Source of the DNA: an uncultured Clostridia bacterium
GTDB lineage: Bacteria > Bacillota > Clostridia > Oscillospirales > CAG-382
Direction: 5' to 3'
DNA: 64,000 bases
NCBI GenBank assembly: GCA_944375955.1
Contig: CALWBE010000052.1
Location: 138 to 64,137 of the forward strand
Position 1 is the stretch's first letter; each line of letters starts with the position of its first letter. A program made the translations under genes and the position numbers. The notes beneath the pieces are model-generated. The model worked only from the letters and a program-made list of their open reading frames with translations. It was not told where the DNA came from and did not search any database. This document shows positions 39,203-48,394 of this stretch, in pieces.

Positions 39203-40189
39203 ATGCAGTATGCAAAAGTTTTGGGAACCGATTTATACGCAAGCAAGATAGTTCTTGGAACCGATTCTTTTGGTAGTGGTGTTTCTAAGAAGGAATCTTT
39301 TGCATTAATGGATAGTTTTTATGAGGCCGGAGGTAATATTCTTGATACCGCGAGTGTATATGCGGATTGGCTGACCGAAGAAAAGAGCGCAAGTGAAAAA
39401 ACCATTGGCGAATGGTTAAAATCCCGCGGATGCCGAGAGAAAATAGTGTTGTCAACAAAAGGAGGGCATCCGAATCTCTCATCTATGGACATATCGCGCT
39501 TGTCGCGGGAAGAATTGGAGTTTGATCTAAATAACAGCCTTAAAAATCTTAAAACTGGATTTATTGACATATATTGGCTTCATAAGGATGATGAGAATAT
39601 CCCGGTTGAAGCTCTCATAGAGATAATGAACGACTTTATTGCATCTGGAAAGGTAAGAAGCATAGGGGTTTCAAACTGGCGTTATGAAAGAATAAAAAAA
39701 GCAAACGATTATGCTGAAAAGCATGGACTTTTTCCTTTTATTTCAAGTCAGATACAATACAGTATAGCAACTCTAAACATGAGTGCTCTTCCCAAACTTA
39801 TATGGGGAATGTCGCCGTATGACGATGAATATAAAAAATACTGCGCTGACAATATAAATATTTTTGCGTTTTCATCTCAGTCAAAGGGCTTTTTCGGAAT
39901 GTTAAGCGGTGACAGTGCTGCAAATATGCCTGAAAATGTAAAATCCGAATATTTAAATGAATCAAATATTGCTTTAGCAGAGCGTCTTAAAACTCTGGCA
40001 TGCAGTAAAAATGTCAATATTTCTTCCTTGCAGACGGCAGCTTTGATAAGCGACAGCAAGCTTAATGTTTTTGCGCAGATAGGCACAAAAAATCCGCGCA
40101 GGTTAAATGAAATACTGAAATATTCAGATTTAAAACTTTCTAAAGATGAAATAGAATGGCTCTTAGCCGGTGAAACAAATAAATATTAA
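39203..40189 (+). CDS. Aldo/keto reductase
   Basis: GGNILDTASVY, SEKTIGEWL, STKGG, IDIYWLH and IGVSNW. Confidence 0.93.
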   Translation: MQYAKVLGTDLYASKIVLGTDSFGSGVSKKESFALMDSFYEAGGNILDTASVYADWLTEEKSASEKTIGEWLKSRGCREKIVLSTKGGHPNLSSMDISRLSREELEFDLNNSLKNLKTGFIDIYWLHKDDENIPVEALIEIMNDFIASGKVRSIGVSNWRYERIKKANDYAEKHGLFPFISSQIQYSIATLNMSALPKLIWGMSPYDDEYKKYCADNINIFAFSSQSKGFFGMLSGDSAANMPENVKSEYLNESNIALAERLKTLACSKNVNISSLQTAALISDSKLNVFAQIGTKNPRRLNEILKYSDLKLSKDEIEWLLAGETNKY

Positions 40190-40359
40190 AGCTTTTATAA
40201 AAATATTGTTAGACAGTTTTAACAAAGAAACATAATATTTTTTTACACGCAAATAATTATTTTGTAACAATCAATTAATACTTTATCAAAAAAATTAAGT
40301 AGCAAATAAGTATAATATATAAATAATGATGCACTGTTAAAATAGATGCATCGGAAAGG

Positions 40360-43300
40360 TTGGCAAAAAGCATGACGAAACGAAAACTTTTGGCAGTGTT
40401 TATATCTGCTGTCATAATCTTAAGTGCTATTCCGTTAGCAACTGTATCCGCGGCGGCAGGCGTAAATGATTTAGATGGCGAAAGAACTGTCTTTTTAGGA
40501 ACATTCGGAAAAGTATCTTACAATGGGAAATCATACGAATCCTTTAAAACTTTTTCGGATGCATTGAATGCTCTCGGTTCGGAAGGCGGACGTATAGTGC
40601 TTTCAGGCAATATATCAGTAGGAGAATTTAATGATATAAGTGGCAGAAAACCTATAACAATTGTCGGTATAGGAGCAAACGCAAGGGGAAATCTTATCGA
40701 TTTTTCGGGTCAGCCTGAAATAAATCTTAAGGGTGACCTGTCTTTAGGAAATGTCAATATAAAGACTGATGCAGGAGCATATATTCTGACCAACGGATTT
40801 AAATTTGATACATTTGATAATTTTGATACATATCACACTGAGCAATATGTCGCAGATGGTCCTCATATTATCGAATATCCAAATCCTCCGAGCGTAGCTC
40901 CGGGTTCTGCTGAAAACGGTGGTGCATTTGCACTTACCGCCGGCACATATTCGACCATAAGCGCTGGATCAGTAAACGGATATGAGGTAAATGGAAACAC
41001 AGTTGCAATACTTGAAGAGGGCAAGGCAGATTTATGTGTTGCCGGTAACGTTGGAAATGGAGTTCTTAACGGTGATTCCAAGCTTACTGTAAACGGAGGC
41101 ACAATATCAAAATTCATTACCGGTTCAGACGGCGGAACAATCAACGGTAATGTTATCTCAGTGATTAACGGAGGAACTATAAGTGAACTTATAATCGGAG
41201 CGACTGACGGATCAGTTATAAACGGCAACCTAATTGTTTCTGTAAACGGCGGAACTATTGAAAAAGTAGAATCAGCCGGCGGCAGCATTACAGGGAAAAG
41301 AATAATTATGGTTAATCCGGAATCTGGTCTTGACAGCGATTTGTTTGAAGCGGATTACATAATCGAAGTTGTTGGCGGAAAATGTGAACCGATATTTGAA
41401 GATTCAGAGCTTAAAGGCTTTTTTATATGTGACAATCTTGGTATACCGGCAACCGAAATTAAAGTGAACGGGACAGTCTTTTCGGCTGAAGACTCAGTGT
41501 ATGTGCTTCAGGAAGGTAAAAATTCTGTCGAAGTTGAAAACAATGTGACGCTAAGCATAAACAGAAATGCAGAGTTTGTCGACGGATACGAAGACGGTAC
41601 TTTCCGTCCTCAGAATAATATGACAAGAGCCGAGGCGGTAACGCTTCTTTCAAGACTGTTAGTTGATGACGAATATGTCCAGGGACATATTAGTTCCGAT
41701 TTCAGCGATGTTGAAGAAGGTTCATGGTATGAATCGTATATCGGATTCTTTGAAAAACTTGGTTTTCTCGATCTTATAGCCAAAGATTACGGACTTAAAT
41801 TTGCTCCTGATGAAAATATAACCAGAGCGGAATTTACTCAGCTCATATACGAAATTTCTGTTTTGAGCGAAAAAAGTTCAGCTTCCATGAAGCTCCGCAA
41901 TTTTGCTGATGTAGACTCTAAAAATAAGTATTCGACAGCTATAGGTTACGGAGTTTCTCAAAACATAATAGCAGGGTATGAAGACGGCACTTTCCGTCCT
42001 GACAATAGTATTACACGTGCGGAAGTAGTGACAATGGTAAACAGACTGCTCGGCAGGATACCGAACGGACAGCCCGGCACAAATAATTTCAGTGACATTT
42101 CAGATCACTGGGCAAATTCGCAAATACTTGCGGCATGTAATCCTGAAAATGTTTCATGGACTCAAAGCGCACAGGAAGATAAATATGTACTTACCGGTTC
42201 TTCTACAAAAGATTATGTTATAGGTCTTTATGAACAAAGTTCATCTTTGTCTGCTGATGCAATACGCGAAGGTGTAGATATTATATCCGAGCAGGTAAAA
42301 TCAGATATTTTAAATTCTAAGGACGAACTTGATCTTACCGGCAAAAAAGTTATTTATATATCAGAGAAAAACGGAAATGATGAAAATGACGGTCTTACGC
42401 CTGAAACTGCTATTAAGACAATAGCCGGACTTTCAAATATAAAATTTTTGAGAAATGCGGCGGTACTTTTTGAGAGAGGCGGAATATACAGAGGACAGAT
42501 TGTATGTTCGCCAAATACATATTACGGAGCATACGGTGAAGGACCGAAGCCGCTGATTATGCAGTCCAGACGCAATTATGCTGATGAATCGTTGTGGGTA
42601 GAAACTGAATATCCTAACGTATACATGTGTACCGAACTTCTTAAAAATGTCGGAGTCATAGGTTTTGATCATGATTTGTTCGATTACAGTGCGGCAAGCT
42701 ATGATGAAACATACGGCTGGATAATGAATAAAAATATAGCTGGGTTTAACGGAATAGAAGATATGGATACTGATTTGCAGTTCTACTCAGATATACAGGA
42801 TAATGATCTCAATAAGCTTTGCCCGCTTTATGTATATTCAACTGAAGGAAATCCCGGAAAACGTTTTTCGTCTATTGAAATTGGAGAGAAATATGATATT
42901 ATAGACGGTACGCCTGTAAATGTTACAATTGATAATTTGGCATTTAAATTCACAGGTGCGCACGCTATAGGTGTAAGCGGAGCAACGAAGTTCCAGGTTA
43001 AAAACTGTGTATTCTCTTGGTTGGGAGGATCGCTGCTTTCTCTTGATTTCTTCAACAGCGGAAACCCTGTAAACTATGGCAATGCAATTGAAACCGGAAC
43101 ATGCAACGGATATTACCTCGATGATAACTGGATGTATCAAATTTATGATACAGGCGTCACGCATCAGTGCTCCAGAGGTACTGGTTCGAGAGTTCAGAAA
43201 GATGTGCGGTATACAGGAAACCTTATAGAGTATGTACACTGGGGAATTGAATTTTATAATTCACCTGAAGGAAAAACAGAGAATGATATTCGAATAACAG

Positions 43301-43674
43301 ACGGCGTATACGACGCATACAATATTTGCAGATTCGGAGGTTATGGTTGGGGATCTATTGTAAGATACCGCCAGACAAGTGCGCAGCTGTATTGCGGATC
43401 ATCTTTGAGTGATAACGAAAACCAGCTCACAGAATACAATATTTTCGACAGATGTGCCGGTAATCTTTTAACTTTGCCTTCCAATTCTAATGAAGTGGAT
43501 GATAAAAACATTTATATTCAGACAATAGGTAACAAACTTGGAAACTTAAAAGGTACAAATGTTACATGTGGTTTCGAATCTGCAAAACATATTGCAGATA
43601 TATGGGGAGATAAAAACGCAGTAGTGATAGTTATAGATCCCGAGAAAGAGCCGATAGAACAATATAACAAATAA
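40360..43674 (+). CDS. Secreted S-layer homology (SLH) protein with Gly-rich beta-helical repeats and a C-terminal beta-helix domain
   Basis: Signal peptide ending in SA/AA; VNGGTI repeats; GYEDGTFRP..TRAE twice plus APDENITRAE; GNDENDGLTPETA and VLFERGG. Confidence 0.85.
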   Translation: MAKSMTKRKLLAVFISAVIILSAIPLATVSAAAGVNDLDGERTVFLGTFGKVSYNGKSYESFKTFSDALNALGSEGGRIVLSGNISVGEFNDISGRKPITIVGIGANARGNLIDFSGQPEINLKGDLSLGNVNIKTDAGAYILTNGFKFDTFDNFDTYHTEQYVADGPHIIEYPNPPSVAPGSAENGGAFALTAGTYSTISAGSVNGYEVNGNTVAILEEGKADLCVAGNVGNGVLNGDSKLTVNGGTISKFITGSDGGTINGNVISVINGGTISELIIGATDGSVINGNLIVSVNGGTIEKVESAGGSITGKRIIMVNPESGLDSDLFEADYIIEVVGGKCEPIFEDSELKGFFICDNLGIPATEIKVNGTVFSAEDSVYVLQEGKNSVEVENNVTLSINRNAEFVDGYEDGTFRPQNNMTRAEAVTLLSRLLVDDEYVQGHISSDFSDVEEGSWYESYIGFFEKLGFLDLIAKDYGLKFAPDENITRAEFTQLIYEISVLSEKSSASMKLRNFADVDSKNKYSTAIGYGVSQNIIAGYEDGTFRPDNSITRAEVVTMVNRLLGRIPNGQPGTNNFSDISDHWANSQILAACNPENVSWTQSAQEDKYVLTGSSTKDYVIGLYEQSSSLSADAIREGVDIISEQVKSDILNSKDELDLTGKKVIYISEKNGNDENDGLTPETAIKTIAGLSNIKFLRNAAVLFERGGIYRGQIVCSPNTYYGAYGEGPKPLIMQSRRNYADESLWVETEYPNVYMCTELLKNVGVIGFDHDLFDYSAASYDETYGWIMNKNIAGFNGIEDMDTDLQFYSDIQDNDLNKLCPLYVYSTEGNPGKRFSSIEIGEKYDIIDGTPVNVTIDNLAFKFTGAHAIGVSGATKFQVKNCVFSWLGGSLLSLDFFNSGNPVNYGNAIETGTCNGYYLDDNWMYQIYDTGVTHQCSRGTGSRVQKDVRYTGNLIEYVHWGIEFYNSPEGKTENDIRITDGVYDAYNICRFGGYGWGSIVRYRQTSAQLYCGSSLSDNENQLTEYNIFDRCAGNLLTLPSNSNEVDDKNIYIQTIGNKLGNLKGTNVTCGFESAKHIADIWGDKNAVVIVIDPEKEPIEQYNK

Positions 43675-43688
43675 GTTCCCGTTGATTT

Positions 43689-43726
43689 AAATTCACCGTT
43701 CATACTAATAAATGGACGGTGAATTT
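43689..43726 (+). terminator. Intrinsic terminator after the SLH gene
   Basis: AAATTCACCGTTCAT ... ATGGACGGTGAATTT followed by GTTTTT. Confidence 0.82.
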
Positions 43727-43767
43727 GTTTTTAAAGCCGATTATTTTAATAAAATTGAAAATTTTTC

Positions 43768-43796
43768 TTTACATATTGTTAAATAGAATATATAAT
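43768..43796 (+). promoter_or_regulatory. Sigma-A promoter of rimM
   Basis: TTTACA-17 nt-TATAAT. Confidence 0.65.
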
Positions 43797-43863
43797 ATAA
43801 TAAACAAGCCTTTTAATACAGCATGTTTACTTTGCATAGATCAAAGGAGAATAACAAAATATT

Positions 43864-44379
43864 ATGAAGCAGTATCTTGAAGTAGGTTCTGTTATAAATA
43901 AACGCGGACTTCGAGGGGAAGTAAAAATAGAATGTTATTGTGACAGCCCTGAAGTGTTGTGCTCTATAAAAGAGTTGTATCTTGATTCTGAGGGGAAAAA
44001 AAGAATAAAAGTTTTATCGTCAAATAGTTACAAAGGATATGTATATATAAAGTTTGAAGGCATTTCTAATGTCGAGGATGCAGATAAATTGAGAGGAATG
44101 ACGCTGTATGCTGACCGCAAAAGTATACCTGTTGACGAAAATAGGGTATTTATTGATGATATAATCGGTCTTCAGGTCTATAATGCTGATACGGGGAAAA
44201 TATACGGAAAACTTACTGAAGTATTTAATCACGGAGCAAGTGATGTATATACGGTTTCCTCCGGGGAAAAGGATTACTATATACCTGCTGTTCCCGAATT
44301 TGTTGTTTCTGTAAATGTTGAAAAAGGAATAGCAGTTCGTCCAATACCGGGTATGTTTGATGAGGCGGAGGAAATCTGA
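43864..44379 (+). CDS. rimM: Ribosome maturation factor RimM
   Basis: G.RGEVK, DIIGL.V, GASDVY and IPAV..FV; adjacent to trmD. Confidence 0.94.
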   Translation: MKQYLEVGSVINKRGLRGEVKIECYCDSPEVLCSIKELYLDSEGKKRIKVLSSNSYKGYVYIKFEGISNVEDADKLRGMTLYADRKSIPVDENRVFIDDIIGLQVYNADTGKIYGKLTEVFNHGASDVYTVSSGEKDYYIPAVPEFVVSVNVEKGIAVRPIPGMFDEAEEI

Positions 44380-45125
44380 TGAGATTTGACATTCTTTCTG
44401 TTTTTCCGGAAATGATAAGACCGGCATTAACTGAAAGTATATTAGGCAGAGCATGTAGTAAGGGAATACTTGAGATAAATCTTCATAATATACGTGATTA
44501 TACTACAGATAAGCATCGCCGCACAGATGACACTCCTTACGGAGGCGGATGGGGAATGGTAATGACTTGCCAACCGATAATAGACTGCCATAAGGCGGTT
44601 GTGGGTGAAGACAAGGATTTATTGACAGTTTATATGTCTCCAAGCGGTAAAGTGCTTAATCAAAAACTTGCAATGAAACTTGCAAAACAAAAGCGCATAG
44701 TTATTATTTGCGGTCATTACGAGGGAATAGATCAAAGGATAATAGATTCAATAGTCGATGAAGAAATTTCAATAGGAGACTATGTTCTTACAGGTGGAGA
44801 AATGCCGGCAGCAATTCTTGTAGACTGTGTTTCAAGGCTGATTCCGGGAGTACTGCCGGATGAAGAGTGCCATGAGGATGAAAGCATTGAATCAGGGCTT
44901 TTGGAATATCCTCAGTATACAAAGCCGTCTGAATATGCAGGAATGAAAGTGCCTGAAGTTCTGCTGAGCGGAAATCATGCGAATATAAACAAATGGCGAA
45001 GGCAAAAATCTATCGAGAAAACATTTAAGGTTCGCCGTGACTTGATAAGAAAAAAAAGATTTTCGGAAGAAGAAAAAAAATATATTGAATCACTGAAAGA
45101 AATTCAAAAAACAAAGATCGAATAA
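44379..45125 (+). CDS. trmD: tRNA (guanine-N1)-methyltransferase
   Basis: DDTPYGGG.GMV, CGHYEGIDQR, SIGDYVLTGGE and LLEYPQYT. Confidence 0.98.
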   Translation: MRFDILSVFPEMIRPALTESILGRACSKGILEINLHNIRDYTTDKHRRTDDTPYGGGWGMVMTCQPIIDCHKAVVGEDKDLLTVYMSPSGKVLNQKLAMKLAKQKRIVIICGHYEGIDQRIIDSIVDEEISIGDYVLTGGEMPAAILVDCVSRLIPGVLPDEECHEDESIESGLLEYPQYTKPSEYAGMKVPEVLLSGNHANINKWRRQKSIEKTFKVRRDLIRKKRFSEEEKKYIESLKEIQKTKIE

Positions 45126-45143
45126 AAGGAGATATCGCAGAAG

Positions 45144-47024
45144 ATGAAGCAAAACAAAGTAAATTCATCTGAAAATAAGAGGAAACATTATGGTTCATAT
45201 GCGCTTAAGATATCCTCTTGCGTTGATAGAGCTTTTCATTCATCATTATTTTATCATTTTTTCCGCTCGCATTATAAAACTGAAAAACGCTTTTCAGATG
45301 GTTTTTTCAGAAACATGCTATATTCTGAAAAAATAGGCGGAGGGATAAGGATTTTTAAAAATACCTTTGCTAAGAGTAGTGAGACAAGCATTATTGTAAA
45401 TGAAATTAAAAAATTTTATAGAGGAATTCTTTTCTGCAGTATTCATGGATATGCTGTCATAATGCTTTATTTTGGGATATATGCACTTGCTATCAGCGCA
45501 ATAAAAACAGCACTGTTTGGCAACTATGAAATTTTGCCCGGCAATGCGTATTGGTCCGTAATAATGATCATTATTTCTTTTATTTTGCTTCCGGTTCGAA
45601 GTTCGCTTTCAGAATTTGTAAGAAACAGCAGGATTTTGTCATTTATAAGTGAGTGCTTCTTCGTAACTGGGAATCATTCTTTAAAAAATGATGTTTCTGA
45701 AATTAAAATTTCAAACGGAGTTTATATTTTAACCGGTACTTTTTTGGGATTTTTAACTTTTTTCTTTTCAATAGGTGATTTGCTTATTGCAATTTTTGTA
45801 ATGTTTTTGGTTTTGTTATCATTTAAAACTCCTGAAAACTCTCTACCTGTTTTAATTATTTCAAGTCCATTTTTATCGGAAACTTCTCTTATAGTATTTT
45901 GTTTTTTTGCTTTTTGTGCTTATTTATTTAAAGTTATGCGAGGAAAGAGAAGTTTTAACGTTCGTTTTTTTGATTTGCTTATATTGCTAAGCGTTGTCAT
46001 AATTATATTTGGCGGATTTAATTCGACAAATCGAATGGGATTTTCGCATGATTCTGTCTTTATCGCAAGTATTTCTCTTATTTATTTTATTATACGAAAT
46101 TGCGTTAAAAGTGAAAATTTGTGCCGAAAATGCATAAGAGCAATACTTGTATGTTCTGTTACAATGTCATTTATGATACTTTATCAAAGGATTTTTAATA
46201 TTGATTACGACAATGTTATTATAGAATTTGTTAAATCACATATAAACATTTATGAATTTTCATCATCAGAAAAAATAGCATCAGGAGAGTTTTTACTGAT
46301 ATTACTCCCATTTGCAATAATGGCTCAAATAATTTCAAATACCTATACTGCAAAGTTTTTATCTGCAATATCTATTATTATTTGTACTATTGCAATTGTT
46401 GCAATAGGTTCAAAGGGCCTAATGATGGCTTTTGCAGTATGTATTTTGCTTTATATTACATCTTCTTTTAAAAATCCGTTTATTTCTGTAATTACTGTAA
46501 TTTTGATATATGCTGTCTTATCTGTATTTATATCAAACTCATCGTTTTTAGGTAATGACAGGTTTTTTAATATAAATGACTATAAAGAAAATATATTGCT
46601 AACGGCTTCAAAGATTGCTTCTGACAACTTTATTGCTGGAATAGGAATAGGAAAAGATAACTTTTCTAAAATCTTAAGAATGTATATGAATTTCGGGAAC
46701 AACAGCATTTCAAGCTGTTATAATATTTATCTGCAGATTTTTGTTCAAACAGGTTTCTTTGGATTTATGTTTTTTATATGTGCTTTCATCAATTATCTTA
46801 AGATACAGTTTTCATGCCTGTCGGAAAACAGGGTAAAAAGCATATTTGCATCACTTGTTGCGATATCATCAATAAGTTTTGCCTCGGTTATCGCATTTAG
46901 GGGCTTGACCAGCGAAATTTTAAGCAACCCTAAAACTCTTTTCGTGTTTTTTGTTGTATTAGGCATATCTTCTGCAACATATTATTCCTTTGAAAACAAT
47001 AATTTATCATATAATGAGGATTAG
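45144..47024 (+). CDS. Multi-pass membrane protein, O-antigen ligase/polymerase-like
   Basis: Many TM helices; C-terminal GIGIG..NF and CYNIYLQIFVQTGFFG resemble the Wzy_C motif (HN.YLQ...E.G..G). Confidence 0.65.
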   Translation: MKQNKVNSSENKRKHYGSYALKISSCVDRAFHSSLFYHFFRSHYKTEKRFSDGFFRNMLYSEKIGGGIRIFKNTFAKSSETSIIVNEIKKFYRGILFCSIHGYAVIMLYFGIYALAISAIKTALFGNYEILPGNAYWSVIMIIISFILLPVRSSLSEFVRNSRILSFISECFFVTGNHSLKNDVSEIKISNGVYILTGTFLGFLTFFFSIGDLLIAIFVMFLVLLSFKTPENSLPVLIISSPFLSETSLIVFCFFAFCAYLFKVMRGKRSFNVRFFDLLILLSVVIIIFGGFNSTNRMGFSHDSVFIASISLIYFIIRNCVKSENLCRKCIRAILVCSVTMSFMILYQRIFNIDYDNVIIEFVKSHINIYEFSSSEKIASGEFLLILLPFAIMAQIISNTYTAKFLSAISIIICTIAIVAIGSKGLMMAFAVCILLYITSSFKNPFISVITVILIYAVLSVFISNSSFLGNDRFFNINDYKENILLTASKIASDNFIAGIGIGKDNFSKILRMYMNFGNNSISSCYNIYLQIFVQTGFFGFMFFICAFINYLKIQFSCLSENRVKSIFASLVAISSISFASVIAFRGLTSEILSNPKTLFVFFVVLGISSATYYSFENNNLSYNED

Positions 47025-47028
47025 AAAA

Positions 47029-47475
47029 ATGTTTAATAACAGTTCTTTTCGTAAATTTAATATTATAGACTGCATTGCAGCGGTTATAATAGTTGCTGCA
47101 GTTGCAGCCACATTATACTATTTTACGCAAAAAGATGGATTGTTTAAAAAATATAAATATCCGATAGAATATGAAATAACAGTTGAAAGCATAGATACTG
47201 AATTTACAAATAATCTTACTGCTGGAGATATATTATATCATCAGGCGACAGCTTTTGAATTGGGTACAGTAAAATCTGTGAGCAGTTTGCAGACAGATTC
47301 AAGATATTCAAAAATGAAGATAATTTTATCGGCAGAGGCAGAAAAACATGACGGACAGCTAAGCGTAAACGGAGTTATTGTTTCAGAGGGCAAGTATATT
47401 GATTTTAGAACTGCTGACCTTGTATGCAGCGGCAAATGCACGTCGGTAAATATTTTGCCGGAAGGAGATAACTAA
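47029..47475 (+). CDS. DUF4330-like membrane-anchored protein
   Basis: KFNIIDC followed by a TM helix and LG.V. Start set at MFNN after a GAGGA RBS. Confidence 0.6.
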   Translation: MFNNSSFRKFNIIDCIAAVIIVAAVAATLYYFTQKDGLFKKYKYPIEYEITVESIDTEFTNNLTAGDILYHQATAFELGTVKSVSSLQTDSRYSKMKIILSAEAEKHDGQLSVNGVIVSEGKYIDFRTADLVCSGKCTSVNILPEGDN

Positions 47476-47476
47476 A

Positions 47477-47908
47477 TTGAAGAAAAATATAAAGAAGTTT
47501 AACGGCACAGATGTTGTTATTTTGTTGGCTTTGATTGCTGTCGCAAGTGCAATTATATTCAGAAATTCTGCTGAAAAGATGATTGAGGATCTGTTTTATA
47601 AAACACAAATAACATATTTTGTGCTTGCTGATAAAGAAGGTACAGAAAATCTTAAAGAAGGAATGATTTTGTTCGACAGCGAAAAAAATATGCTTGGAAC
47701 TGTTGAAAATATAAAAGACGATACTGATGCATCAGAAGAATATCCGGATAGATATGAGATAGAAATATCAACGCAAGGTATGAGGGATTCAATAGGAACA
47801 TATATCGGTGACGGAATGTTTATAGCTCCGGGTAAAAACTTGCAATTATACACAGATGAGAACAATTCTTTTATTTGTATTGTAAGAAAAGTAGAAATTG
47901 AAGAATAA
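47477..47908 (+). CDS. DUF4330-like paralog
   Basis: KFNGTDVVI followed by a TM helix and LGTV; same layout as the upstream gene. Confidence 0.55.
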   Translation: MKKNIKKFNGTDVVILLALIAVASAIIFRNSAEKMIEDLFYKTQITYFVLADKEGTENLKEGMILFDSEKNMLGTVENIKDDTDASEEYPDRYEIEISTQGMRDSIGTYIGDGMFIAPGKNLQLYTDENNSFICIVRKVEIEE

Positions 47909-47962
47909 ATATCTCATAATATGTTAAATATATACAGAAAAGCTATAATTAAAAAAAAATAC

Positions 47963-47991
47963 TTGATTTTAATTTTTAATTTTGGTATAAT
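47963..47991 (+). promoter_or_regulatory. Sigma-A promoter of ptsH
   Basis: TTGATT-17 nt-TATAAT with a TG extension. Confidence 0.65.
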
Positions 47992-48040
47992 AATAATAAA
48001 TTTAAAAGTAATTAAGTTCCGTAGAAGGAGTAAGGCGATC

Positions 48041-48307
48041 ATGACTTCAAAAGATATCATTATAAAAAACAGCGTAGGACTCCATGCAAGGCCGGCAACA
48101 TTTTTTATTCAAAAAGCAAACACATATAAGAGTTCTATATGGGTTGAATGCGGCGATAGGCGTGCAAACGCAAAAAGTCTTCTCGGTGTTCTTTCTCTTG
48201 CTATTGTGAACGGCACTAAGGTTACTCTTATAGCAGACGGACCTGATGAGGTAGAGGCTCTTGATGGACTTTGCGCTCTTATTGACAGTGGATTTGACGA
48301 GCGTTAA
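48041..48307 (+). CDS. ptsH: Phosphocarrier protein HPr
   Basis: GLHARPA (His15) and NAKSLLGVL (Ser46). True start MTSK follows AAGGAG. Confidence 0.95.
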   Translation: MTSKDIIIKNSVGLHARPATFFIQKANTYKSSIWVECGDRRANAKSLLGVLSLAIVNGTKVTLIADGPDEVEALDGLCALIDSGFDER

Positions 48308-48394
48308 AAGTATTGCCAAAATGCTGCGGAAATAGTATTATGTTATTGGAGAGGAGTCGTTTATTATTCGGCTCCTTTATTTTATGGAGGTTAA

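Noticed and set aside
41581-42040. Repeated GAAGACGG-ACTTTCCGTCCT segments
   Set aside because: Explained by duplicated SLH domains (GYEDGTFRP); not an independent repeat element or a diversity-generating template.
47921-48040. Apparent 40-aa N-terminal extension of HPr
   Set aside because: The region is AT-rich and contains the promoter and RBS; the real start is 48041.
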